DNA from: an uncultured bacterium
GTDB lineage: Bacteria; Babelota; Babeliae; Babelales; Vermiphilaceae
NCBI GenBank assembly: GCA_963713925.1
Contig: OY970212.1
Span: forward strand, 544,001-608,000
DNA: 64,000 bases
Reading direction: 5' to 3'
Below the pieces are notes generated by a model. It was not told where the DNA came from and did no database searches. It saw only the letters and a program-made list of their open reading frames with translations. Both the position numbers and the translations under genes were made by a program. This document shows, in pieces, positions 48,319 to 57,575 of the stretch. The first letter of the stretch is position 1. The number at the start of each line of letters is the position of its first letter.

Positions 48319-48603
48319 ATGGCTGTTGTAACAAAAGATGAAATTCGTAAATTAGCGCGCATTTCACAACTAGATCTGACCGATAGTGAAATGGATACTA
48401 TTATGATCCAAGTTGAGGCAGTATTGTCATATGCGATTCGCGTGCAGCAAATAGCCGCTGAATCGCCACAACGGTTTAATAAAAATATCAACGTATTCCG
48501 CGATGACGTTGCGATTCCATCACAATCAGATGCCATTTTAAGCGCAGCTCCTGTCCGCGAAGGAGATTTCTTTGTGGTGCCGGCCATCTTAGAACACAAA
48601 TAA
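48319..48603 (+). CDS. gatC: Asp/Glu-tRNA amidotransferase subunit C
   Basis: KLARISQL, NVFRDD, FFVVPAIL; upstream of gatA. Confidence 0.9.
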   Translation: MAVVTKDEIRKLARISQLDLTDSEMDTIMIQVEAVLSYAIRVQQIAAESPQRFNKNINVFRDDVAIPSQSDAILSAAPVREGDFFVVPAILEHK

Positions 48604-48702
48604 ATTTTTGAGGCTGAATAGCCATAGTTTTAATAAGTTTGGCCTTATATTTACCCGGGCTGAAAAGCCGCAGGTTTTCGGCCCGATTAATAAGGAAGAT
48701 AC

Positions 48703-50145
48703 ATGTACGCATTTCACTCCATCGATGAATTAGAAAAAAAAATAGCCCTCAAAGAAGTTTCTCGACAAGAACTTTTGCGCTATTTCCTTGATCGCTTCGC
48801 ACAATACGATAAAGAACTTGGATCGGCACTTGAAGTTTTTCTAGAACAATCCATTTTGGAAGGCTCACAAACCCATGGAACTCTTTCAGGAATTCCGGGA
48901 ATTATTAAAGATAATATCGCGCAAGCCGGGAGACCTCTTTCCTGCGCTTCACGCATCCTTGAAAACTTCATTTCTCCGTATGATGCAACGGCAATTGCAC
49001 GATTAAAACAATCGGGGGCATTATTGGTCGGTCGAGCAAATATGGATGAGTTTGCAATGGGAAGTTCGACAGAAACATCCGCATATAAAAAGACGCGCAA
49101 CCCATGGGATCATAAACGAGTTCCGGGTGGGTCAAGCGGAGGTTCAATTGCAGCTGTTGCTGCCGGCCTCGTACCATGGGCGCTTGGTTCAGACACCGGC
49201 GGCTCAGTGCGTCAGCCATCAGGATTCTGCTCAACGGTTGGAATCAAGCCGACCTATGGGCTTGTTTCTCGGTATGGACTTGTTGCATATGGTTCATCAC
49301 TTGATCAAATCGGCGTGGCCACTCGCAGCGTTAAAGACAATGCTCGCGTATTGTCAGTCATTGCCGGGCAAGACATTCATGATTCTTCCACGAAAGCAGT
49401 TGAACAAAAAGATTATACAGCCCATTTAAAGCCAACCTTATCGCGACCGGTCACTATTGGAATCGTTAAGAATGCATTGTATGCAGAAGGTATGGATTCT
49501 GAAGTTATTGAAGTGATAGAAAATGCAATTGCCGACTTGAAAAAGCTTGGTGTTTCTATTGCGGAAATTGAACTGCCAACCATTGATTATAGTGCAGCAG
49601 CATATTTTATCATCAGCCGCGCTGAAGCAGCTTCAAACTTGGGTCGCTTTGATGGCGTTCGATATGGCTATCGAGCTCCCAACATTGACACCTTAGGCGC
49701 GATGTATAGCAAGACCAGAAATCAAGGGTTCGGCGCTGAAGTCAAAACGCGTATCTTGGTGGGGAATTATGTGCTTTCAGCCGGTCACGCCGGAGCATTT
49801 TATGATAATGCGCGCAAAGTGCAAGCCATGATCAGAGCTGAATTTTTGCAGGCATTCAAACATGTTGATCTTTTGTTGATGCCAACCCAACCGGCGCCGG
49901 CATTTGAGCTTGGTGCGTATTCAGATGACAAACTCAAAATCGATTTACAAGATTATTTCACCTGCTCAATTAACTTGGCGGGAGTTCCGGCAATATCAAT
50001 ACCATGCGGATTTACCAAGACACGGCTTCCTCTTGGCATGCAGTTGATTGGTCCTGATTTGTCTGAAGAACTGATTTATCAAGTTGCGCATGCGTATGAG
50101 CAAGCAACCGAATGGCATACCATTCGTCCAACTATGTATGTGTGA
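48703..50145 (+). CDS. gatA: Asp/Glu-tRNA amidotransferase subunit A
   Basis: NMDEFAMGSSTE, PGGSSGGS, GSDTGGSVRQP, RFDGVRYG. Confidence 0.96.
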   Translation: MYAFHSIDELEKKIALKEVSRQELLRYFLDRFAQYDKELGSALEVFLEQSILEGSQTHGTLSGIPGIIKDNIAQAGRPLSCASRILENFISPYDATAIARLKQSGALLVGRANMDEFAMGSSTETSAYKKTRNPWDHKRVPGGSSGGSIAAVAAGLVPWALGSDTGGSVRQPSGFCSTVGIKPTYGLVSRYGLVAYGSSLDQIGVATRSVKDNARVLSVIAGQDIHDSSTKAVEQKDYTAHLKPTLSRPVTIGIVKNALYAEGMDSEVIEVIENAIADLKKLGVSIAEIELPTIDYSAAAYFIISRAEAASNLGRFDGVRYGYRAPNIDTLGAMYSKTRNQGFGAEVKTRILVGNYVLSAGHAGAFYDNARKVQAMIRAEFLQAFKHVDLLLMPTQPAPAFELGAYSDDKLKIDLQDYFTCSINLAGVPAISIPCGFTKTRLPLGMQLIGPDLSEELIYQVAHAYEQATEWHTIRPTMYV

Positions 50146-50306
50146 GCCCAAAAAGAAATGTGGCGAAATAGAAATACATACTATTCAAATTAAATAGCTT
50201 TGCATATACCATTATCGCAGTTTGTATATAAATTGTTGTAGCCCCAATGTCAAATATACTATAATTCCTATCAAGGGATATGAGTATGTAATGCATTGGG
50301 GCTCGT

Positions 50307-51206
50307 ATGCATATTAGGGCGGTAATTTTTTTCTTGTTGGGGACAAGTCCCGTTATTTTCTCATGTCAAAATCCGTTTGCAAAACAAGGCATAAAAAACT
50401 GGGGTCCCCAATCGAAGATTGGGGTTAGAAAATCATTAAGTTCACGAGAACAGCGAGAGCGACGTGTCGCGGCAGAATTCAAAAAATATCAGGGCTATGG
50501 GCCTATCTATTCACACATTGTTGAAGACATTATTCGACTCAATCTCAACCTCATCAGTTGGCAAACCTATAAAATAGCAGTGGGGACATTTCCTTTCTAT
50601 GTTGCCGCTCGAATGGGCGATGAAGAGTGGCACAAACATTTTTATTGTCGTAAACGACATAAAAATTTGAATCAATTTCCAAAATGGTGTGATAAATTTG
50701 CGCAATTCGGGTTGTCGATCCCGCTTATCGCGCTGGGGAGTCTCGCATTTCTGGGTGTCGATGACGAAATGAAAATGACCGGGTGGATATTTATTTTAGG
50801 ATTTCCATTCTTAGTATTTGGAAACAAAATCAATAAAAAGATTCAGTTTGAGGGTTGCCACCGCCCGTGGCATGAACAGTTTAGTTGCGTCAAGCGCGCC
50901 GGAGGAGGATTCCCTTCGGGACACATGTCTGAAATCACCTACATGGCAGCGCTGTTTGGTTTGCGCTATGGCCCCAAATGGGGCTTGCCATTGGCAGCCT
51001 ATGGCCTTTTTGTGGGCGTCGATTTTTGGGTTTCAAACCGCCACTATGCATCACAATTGATTGCTGGAGTCGCATGGGGGCTCATGTATGCTTTTGCTGC
51101 AGATCGATACATCGACACCAAACTGTGTGAAAAGCGCCAACTTGCCTATGATCTCGGGTTTGATAAAGGGGGCAATCCTGCCGTTTCAGTGTCGTATAGC
51201 TGGTAA
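50307..51206 (+). CDS. PAP2-family phosphatase
   Basis: RPW...GFPSGH...NRHYASQLIAG. Confidence 0.8.
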   Translation: MHIRAVIFFLLGTSPVIFSCQNPFAKQGIKNWGPQSKIGVRKSLSSREQRERRVAAEFKKYQGYGPIYSHIVEDIIRLNLNLISWQTYKIAVGTFPFYVAARMGDEEWHKHFYCRKRHKNLNQFPKWCDKFAQFGLSIPLIALGSLAFLGVDDEMKMTGWIFILGFPFLVFGNKINKKIQFEGCHRPWHEQFSCVKRAGGGFPSGHMSEITYMAALFGLRYGPKWGLPLAAYGLFVGVDFWVSNRHYASQLIAGVAWGLMYAFAADRYIDTKLCEKRQLAYDLGFDKGGNPAVSVSYSW

Positions 51207-51272
51207 AAAATTTCTTTTTTGATAGAATTTCATTCAGGTTTATCTTTTTTTTTAATATAAGGGTTTTTTATT

Positions 51273-51797
51273 ATGATGCGACGCGTAATGACATCACTTT
51301 TTGTTTCCGTATTGGCGACTCATGGGATTTTTGCAGCTCAAGAGCAATCGATGGATAAAAAACATGAATGGACAAATTACAAAAAAGTGGGTTACTATGT
51401 GCGAAGTTTTACCCCTGCGTTTGTTTGTGTAGCGTCTCCTTTGGTAGTCGGGTATCTTGCCAATAAGAGTTGGCCGGTAAGATCGGGTAACAATACAGGA
51501 AGTAAACTTGATGGAATAAATGCAGCAAAGGTGGGAACAGTCGTTATTGGAGCAGGGCTGGTAGGAGCACTTTTTGGCTTAGGTTTTATTGCTCAGCCGA
51601 TGGCCGATGCAGAGGATAGGACTTTTGTTGATCTCATGAAGAAATATCCGAACCAGGATCCTAAAGAACTGTTAGTTCCGTATTCAATAAGAGATAAGCT
51701 TCCTTATTTTTCTCAATATTACATGCATATTTATGTGAAAGAATATAATGATGCATTTTACAAAGCAAGAATAGATAAAGGGCTCAAGGCTGTTTAA
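51273..51797 (+). CDS. Secreted/membrane hypothetical protein
   Basis: Signal peptide plus two hydrophobic Gly-rich segments. Confidence 0.7.
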   Translation: MMRRVMTSLFVSVLATHGIFAAQEQSMDKKHEWTNYKKVGYYVRSFTPAFVCVASPLVVGYLANKSWPVRSGNNTGSKLDGINAAKVGTVVIGAGLVGALFGLGFIAQPMADAEDRTFVDLMKKYPNQDPKELLVPYSIRDKLPYFSQYYMHIYVKEYNDAFYKARIDKGLKAV

Positions 51798-51819
51798 GAG
51801 CATATATTTGCGTTCTCAT

Positions 51820-51846
51820 GCCTCCCGCTTTCGGGAGGCTTTTTTA
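51820..51846 (+). terminator. Intrinsic terminator
   Basis: gcctcccg-cttt-cgggaggc + T tract. Confidence 0.85.
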
Positions 51847-51981
51847 TTTGTATTTTTATAATGGGTCCAATCTGGGTCCCATGCGGAAGCTTTAGCGTAG
51901 CATGGGTGTAAAGCGATAGCTTGATTGGGTATTTTATTTTATACTGATATAAAATAACTCTAAAATGTATCAAAGATATTT

Positions 51982-52941
51982 ATGAACAATACCTATTGGC
52001 AAGAAACCTTTTCGATCGGAAATCTAAAAGTCCCTCGCTTTATCGGCGGCCCGCTTGATGGGATTACCGATTCTCCGTTTCGGCAGCTGGTGCGCAACTA
52101 TTCAAAAAATGAATTGCTCTACACTGAAATGCGCCATGTGGCTTGCGTTGCTCATGACAAAGCCGGGCTCAAAACCTTACAATTCGAGCAATTTGAGCGC
52201 CCGCTTAACTATCAGATTGCGGCAAATTCAGTTGAATATATCGATGCGGCACTTGAGCGAATCGTAGCAGCCGGCGTCGATGCAATTGATTTAAATATCG
52301 GGTGTCCCGCGCGTAATGTCATCGGCTCGGGTTCTGGCTCGGCTTTGATGGCAGATTTGCCGCGCTTGAAACAGATTGTTACCCACATTCGCAACAAACT
52401 TTCCATTCCATTCACTGTTAAAATTCGTGCCGGCTTTAAGCAAAAAAATGCCATCGATGTGGCGCTTTTGCTCCAAGATTGTGGCGTTGATGCCATTGCC
52501 ATTCACCCGCGTCTTCAAACGCAACTCTTTGCCGGTCAACCTGATTATGCATTAGCAGCAGAAGTCAAACGAGCTCTTTCTATCCCGGTTATTATTTCAG
52601 GAAATGTGGTTAACTTCAAAACGGCAAACATGGTCTATGAACAGACTGGTGTCGACGGATATTTAATCGGCAGAGCGATTTGGGCACGTCCGTGGAAACT
52701 GGAAGAAATGCGGATGGCTGCGCTGGGGCAACCATTCACCATTGATAAAGTAACAGTGCTCAAAACAGCGTTAGCACATCTTGACGGCATGCTTGCACAC
52801 TATGGCCCGCGAGGCTTGTTTGCCTTCCGTAAGCATTTGCCTTTTTACTTGCGCGGATTACCGGAAGCTTCACAATTGCGTGAGCGATTGGTAAGGTCTA
52901 ATTCAGCAGATGAAATCAGGGATGTGTTAGGAGTTTTATAA
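51982..52941 (+). CDS. dusB: tRNA-dihydrouridine synthase
   Basis: GITDSPFR, IDLNIGCP, GSALM, TVKIRAG, IHPR, IGRA, RKHL. Confidence 0.88.
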   Translation: MNNTYWQETFSIGNLKVPRFIGGPLDGITDSPFRQLVRNYSKNELLYTEMRHVACVAHDKAGLKTLQFEQFERPLNYQIAANSVEYIDAALERIVAAGVDAIDLNIGCPARNVIGSGSGSALMADLPRLKQIVTHIRNKLSIPFTVKIRAGFKQKNAIDVALLLQDCGVDAIAIHPRLQTQLFAGQPDYALAAEVKRALSIPVIISGNVVNFKTANMVYEQTGVDGYLIGRAIWARPWKLEEMRMAALGQPFTIDKVTVLKTALAHLDGMLAHYGPRGLFAFRKHLPFYLRGLPEASQLRERLVRSNSADEIRDVLGVL

Positions 52942-53016
52942 AAATAGACTTCTCATGGTGTAGACAAACTAATCAAGGATTCGCTACTCTGAAAATATAA
53001 TCGATCGGAGAATTCT

Positions 53017-53988
53017 ATGAAACTGTTGCAGACACTCATTCTTGGTAGCATTGTTGCGTATCAAACGGTACCTGTTTTTTGCGCCGAAACTAAACCTACG
53101 CTTGAATGGGGCTTTGCCGAACGGCAGGGTCGCCGAAGCGAAATGGAAGACACTCACCTCATTGAAGAGACAGGTCCTTACGCTGTATATGCCATTTTTG
53201 ACGGACATGGCGGAACTCGCGCTGCCCGTTATTCAGCTTTGAGCCTAAAAAAGGCAACCAGCATAAAAGGAGGCAATGTTACTCCGGATATGCCATTTCC
53301 AACATTAGATATCATGACAAAATGGACGCGTGGCGTGGAAGTTATGCTGAGTTTTATGGCTGCATCTGGAAAAGAAGCGAACCAAGCGAAGCCCGACTCC
53401 GGAACCACCATGATTTCAGTTTTTGTGGATAAAAAAACGAATGAGGCTCGTCTTTTTTGGGCCGGTGATTCCCGAGCCATTGTTGTTCGCAATGGAAAAG
53501 TTATTCTTGCGACAGAGGATCATACATTGAATGTCCCTGCCGAAGCAGAAAGAGCTCAAAGATTAGGTGCAGTAGTAGAAAATGGTCGCATCACGAACAA
53601 GAAACTCGGGCTGCGCATTGCCATGACTCGTTCAATCGGAGATCTCAATATTAAGGAGGGTGCCCCAGCGGTTATTTCAGAACCTGAAGAGAACTCGATA
53701 CAATTACAAAAAAATGATTGGTTGGTAATCGCGTGTGACGGTTTGTGGGATGTCGTTTCCAATGACGTCGTAGCGTCTTTTGTAACAAATAATAATCCGC
53801 GGCCCGTTGATGATAATAAATTGCCAAAGGAAGGTTTTTTTGAGGGTCGACCGATGTTTTTTCCTAAAAATGCAACGGATACCGCTTCTTCTGAGGGAAC
53901 ACTCAAAGGAATGGCCCAGGCTCTGCGAGATCTCGCCTTTAACAAGGGAAGCCTCGATAATATTTCCGTTATCGTCGTAAAAATATAA
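53017..53988 (+). CDS. PP2C-type Ser/Thr phosphatase with signal peptide
   Basis: QGRRSEMED, IFDGHGG, SGTT, AGDSR, DH, TRSIGD, ACDGLWD, GSLDNISV. Confidence 0.92.
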   Translation: MKLLQTLILGSIVAYQTVPVFCAETKPTLEWGFAERQGRRSEMEDTHLIEETGPYAVYAIFDGHGGTRAARYSALSLKKATSIKGGNVTPDMPFPTLDIMTKWTRGVEVMLSFMAASGKEANQAKPDSGTTMISVFVDKKTNEARLFWAGDSRAIVVRNGKVILATEDHTLNVPAEAERAQRLGAVVENGRITNKKLGLRIAMTRSIGDLNIKEGAPAVISEPEENSIQLQKNDWLVIACDGLWDVVSNDVVASFVTNNNPRPVDDNKLPKEGFFEGRPMFFPKNATDTASSEGTLKGMAQALRDLAFNKGSLDNISVIVVKI

Positions 53989-54071
53989 CTTCTCTCACCT
54001 GTCGTCATAGTTTGCCAAGTCATCTCAGTGAATTTATAATTATGAATCGCAGGAGTTCCGGAAGAGGTTTC

Positions 54072-54905
54072 ATGAAAACTCAAGTGAAAACGATAGTAAA
54101 AGCAATATTAGTCGGTATCGGCATGTGTGCGGCTGCATATGGATTCGTTATTTCAGGATTATGGAATCGAGTTGCCATTTCTTCAACACTGGTCTATCCG
54201 ATTTTGGTGTGCGAAAATGCATTGGTCAAGCCGATAAAATCGTTTTTTCAAAGACGTAAAAATGAAAATGAATTGCGCGTTGAGCTTGAGAATATCAGAA
54301 AAGAGCGGAATGCCCTTTCTGCTGAAGTCAGCGGACTCAAGACGCTCATTGCCTATCATCATGATGTTGATGAACTGATCGAATTTAAAGCTCGCTATCT
54401 GACTGAAAAAGCACGAGTATGCCAAATTATTTCAAAGCAGATTGACGCTCAACAACATTCCATTTTGGTTGACGCCGGCAGCCGCAAAGGGGTCAAGGTT
54501 GATATGGTCGCAGTTTATAATAATGCAATTGTTGGACGCGTGAGTGAAGTCTATCCGCTCTATTGCAAAATCGTCTTGGCTACCGATGCACGGTGCAAAA
54601 TCGGAGCATTGGAAATAAATACGAAAGCATGCGGCATTTATTGTGGAAAAAATACGCTGAACGTAGCTCGCCTTGAACAAGTAAGCCATTTATCAAACGT
54701 AGCGCAGAATGATACGATTCTTTCCTCGGGAGAAGGATTGATATTCCCTCGAGGGTTTTCGTTGGGCACCATCAAAACATATTCCAAAAACGGGTTGTTT
54801 TATGATATCGAACTTCAACCATCAGTTGATATTAATGTATTGGAATATTGCTTGCTCATTGATCATGACGGGGCATATTTAAATACGTTACGTAACAATG
54901 CTTAA
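54072..54905 (+). CDS. mreC: Rod shape-determining protein MreC
   Basis: TM + coiled coil + VDAGSRKGV, IVGRV, SSGEGLIFPRG. Confidence 0.85.
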   Translation: MKTQVKTIVKAILVGIGMCAAAYGFVISGLWNRVAISSTLVYPILVCENALVKPIKSFFQRRKNENELRVELENIRKERNALSAEVSGLKTLIAYHHDVDELIEFKARYLTEKARVCQIISKQIDAQQHSILVDAGSRKGVKVDMVAVYNNAIVGRVSEVYPLYCKIVLATDARCKIGALEINTKACGIYCGKNTLNVARLEQVSHLSNVAQNDTILSSGEGLIFPRGFSLGTIKTYSKNGLFYDIELQPSVDINVLEYCLLIDHDGAYLNTLRNNA

Positions 54906-55277
54906 TAGTGCAGCTCCCCCAAGAATAATAGCTCCTGTTGCTGCACCAATTTTCATAGTAGTTATACCGTCTTTGGGGTTATTTGAGTACGCAGTAATAG
55001 GGAGACTAATCCAGAGTCCCACATATGCTCCTCCAAAACCACCCACTGTAGTGGCAAAAATGCCGTTAGCAATCCGATCAGACAGAGTAAGTTTTTCATC
55101 TGAATTTCCATCACGACTGGAGCAATAGAACTTTCTTTGCATATCATTACACTTTTTCATTGCTTGTTGAGATGCGACTTTTCTTACATAACTATTTTGC
55201 ATACGTTGCAACATGGCATGTGAATGGGAAATAGAGCAAAGGGATATCGATAAAAATAAGATCTGCTTGATATTCAT
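54888..55277 (-). CDS. Secreted glycine-zipper protein (paralogue B)
   Basis: N-terminal 35 aa identical to 55286-55810; GGFGGAYVG and GAATGAIILGG helices. Confidence 0.75.
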   Translation of the reverse strand: MNIKQILFLSISLCSISHSHAMLQRMQNSYVRKVASQQAMKKCNDMQRKFYCSSRDGNSDEKLTLSDRIANGIFATTVGGFGGAYVGLWISLPITAYSNNPKDGITTMKIGAATGAIILGGAALLSIVT

Positions 55278-55285
55278 ATACTTCC

Positions 55286-55810
55286 TTATTTTGTTTCAGA
55301 AGAAGGCTTACGAATAAGGTCATCTCTAAAAATAGCTGCTAAGATTGCTGCGGAGGTAGCTGCAGTGGAAACTGCTCCTATAGGTCCAGCTACCAATCCA
55401 GCCGCAGTGAAGGCACCGAGCAACGCGCAGCTGTTTGAAGCCTTAGCTTCGAAGGCATGAAAAGCAAGCTGTTGGTCAAGTGCGCTATCATATTTTTCAT
55501 TCGAAAAATAACTGTACGGAATAGTGGAATTGCGAGCCAGAACGAACCCTAAACCATATCCAATTGCACCACCGGGAATGGCAAAAATAGGTCCTAAAAA
55601 AGATTGAGCAAGGGGTGTTTCAAAAGGTGATAGTTCTTCTGTTTTTTTCGATTGTGTAATATTGGTAGAACACAGTCTTTGTTGGTTAGACAATGCTTTT
55701 TGGAGAGCGACTTTTCTTACATAACTATTTTGCATACGTTGCAACATGGCATGTGAATGAGAAATTGAGCAAAGGGATATCGATAAAAATAAGATCTGCT
55801 TGATATTCAT
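55286..55810 (-). CDS. Secreted glycine-zipper protein (paralogue A)
   Basis: Signal peptide ending SHA; GGAIGYGLG and GAFTAAGLVAGPIGA helices. Confidence 0.75.
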   Translation of the reverse strand: MNIKQILFLSISLCSISHSHAMLQRMQNSYVRKVALQKALSNQQRLCSTNITQSKKTEELSPFETPLAQSFLGPIFAIPGGAIGYGLGFVLARNSTIPYSYFSNEKYDSALDQQLAFHAFEAKASNSCALLGAFTAAGLVAGPIGAVSTAATSAAILAAIFRDDLIRKPSSETK

Positions 55811-55869
55811 ATATTTCCTTCTTTTAAATGACTACGAATTTGCAGAGCAGTGTAAACATTTATAAAGTA

Positions 55870-55893
55870 AAAGGCCAGAAAAATCTGGCCTTC
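55870..55893 (-). terminator. Probable terminator of sppA
   Basis: aaggccaga-aaaa-tctggcctt hairpin with T tract on the minus strand. Confidence 0.6.
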
Positions 55894-55929
55894 TTAATAT
55901 CGGGGCCCCCATTTTTAAAATGGGGTGAT

Positions 55930-56847
55930 TTACATCATCATTTTCGACGAGTTACCATAACGTTGCTCGATTCTATTCAGCAATGCATCGCTGAATTTTG
56001 CAAAAACGCCATCTTCATCATCGCTGCCGCTTGCAAGCATGGAGATAAAGCCTTGTTTTTTAGCCGGATGCACCCAGACAATATCGCCTTCGATCATTCC
56101 CTTTTCTTTAATCCAGGCAATTGCGTCTGATGAGGTGCCGAGTTTATCAATGAGTTTGAGTTTTTCTGCTTGGCGGCCGGTGAATATTTTGCCTTCGCCC
56201 CAAACAGCTCGATCTTTGAGATCAAGTTTGCGCGCAGTTGCGATATCTTGTGCAAATTGGTCATACGCATCATCAAGCACACTTTGGAGCAATTCACGCT
56301 CAGCTTGAGACATATCTTTGAGCGGATCGGTCATAGTCTTGTAAGCACCTGCTTTGAGGCCGACCGTTTTAATCTTGTATTGATCCAAAAACTCTTTCAG
56401 TTGGAACATGTAAGGAAATGCAGTTCCGATGCTTCCGACCATTGCTGATCCAGGAGCAATAATCCAGTCAGTTGCGCTGGCAATATAGTAGCCGCCGGAA
56501 GCGCACATATTTTCCACCAAGGTCATGATCGGTTTTGGGTATTGCTGTTTGAGCGCGATGATCTCTTGGTAGATTGCCTGGCCGGTGCCCGCTGCGCTAC
56601 CTGGGCATTCCATTTTTATCAAAATTGCTTTAATGTTGGGGTCTTTGAAAAATTCATGCAATTGACCTTGGTATTTATTTGAGTCGTATAATACCCCTTT
56701 AATATCAACAACCCCGACATGCTCGCGGACCTCTACATTCACCGAATACCACTCTTTGGCCTTTTGAATGAGCGTCGGTAAAAAGGAAAGGGCGATAAAT
56801 ACAAGAATGATGTTAAAAAAGCTTTTGAAAGTGCTCGATACTGACAT
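55930..56847 (-). CDS. sppA: Signal peptide peptidase SppA
   Basis: ASGGYYIA, VGSIG, AGAYKT, GKIFTG...LIDKLG. Confidence 0.92.
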   Translation of the reverse strand: MSVSSTFKSFFNIILVFIALSFLPTLIQKAKEWYSVNVEVREHVGVVDIKGVLYDSNKYQGQLHEFFKDPNIKAILIKMECPGSAAGTGQAIYQEIIALKQQYPKPIMTLVENMCASGGYYIASATDWIIAPGSAMVGSIGTAFPYMFQLKEFLDQYKIKTVGLKAGAYKTMTDPLKDMSQAERELLQSVLDDAYDQFAQDIATARKLDLKDRAVWGEGKIFTGRQAEKLKLIDKLGTSSDAIAWIKEKGMIEGDIVWVHPAKKQGFISMLASGSDDEDGVFAKFSDALLNRIEQRYGNSSKMMM

Positions 56848-56939
56848 GATAAACCTTGAGAAATGTAAAGTAATACATGAGTTTTTTAGACAACGTATCG
56901 GAAATTAAGGATAGGCGCAAATTTTTTTGAAAAATGGCT

Positions 56940-56968
56940 TTGACAATCGACCTGAATTGCTTTAAAAT
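56940..56968 (+). promoter_or_regulatory. Sigma70 promoter of the tRNA cluster
   Basis: TTGACA-17 nt-TAAAAT, 22 nt upstream of tRNA-Val. Confidence 0.75.
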
Positions 56969-56990
56969 TCTTGGAGTCTTTGGAATAAAT

Positions 56991-57067
56991 GGGCGGTTAG
57001 CTCAGCTGGTTAGAGCATCAGTCTTACAAACTGGGGGTCACAGGTTCGAATCCCGTACCGCCCACCA
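56991..57067 (+). tRNA. tRNA-Val(TAC)
   Basis: GGGCGGT/ACCGCCC stem, CTTACAA loop, CCA. Confidence 0.95.
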
Positions 57068-57090
57068 TTAGTTCAAAAGTTGATATTTAT

Positions 57091-57166
57091 TCCTCGGTAG
57101 CTCAGTTGGTAGAGCACACGACTGTTAATCGTTAGGTCGCAGGTTCGAGTCCTGCCCGAGGAGCCA
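57091..57166 (+). tRNA. tRNA-Asn(GTT)
   Basis: TCCTCGG/CCGAGGA stem, CTGTTAA loop, GCCA. Confidence 0.95.
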
Positions 57167-57294
57167 GTCTTCGCCAAGTCATCCTTTGGGTGCCTCGGCT
57201 TCGCCTGGCTCAAGTGCCGCCACTGCTTGGCTAGGGATTAAGTTTTTTAGCATAGGTGCATTGGCACAGCCAGAAATTAAGGCAAAAAAATTAT

Positions 57295-57371
57295 GGGGCT
57301 GTAGCTCAGTTGGTTAGAGCGTCCGCCTGTCACGCGGAAGGTCGCGGGATCGAGGCCCGTCAGCCCCGCCA
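57295..57371 (+). tRNA. tRNA-Asp(GTC)
   Basis: GGGGCTG/CAGCCCC stem, CTGTCAC loop, GCCA; atypical T-loop ATCGAGG. Confidence 0.92.
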
Positions 57372-57575
57372 TACTTCGCCAAGGCTTTGTATGGCAGGCC
57401 ATCCTTAGCAAAAGTATGGACATAATTAAGATTTTAAGGCAATTCAGAAATGAGTTGCCTTTTTTATGTGTTTTATCACGCCATAGCCTTGGCGAAGGCG
57501 GATTGCAATCATTTCCAATCCATGTTATAAACTGAGCAATCAACAGCGTTGAAATATACAAAAAGGAGTTCATCA

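Noticed and set aside
55903..55930. gcccccatttttaaaatggggtga hairpin as an IS200/IS605 end
   Set aside because: Single copy with no transposase nearby; at most a solitary relic.
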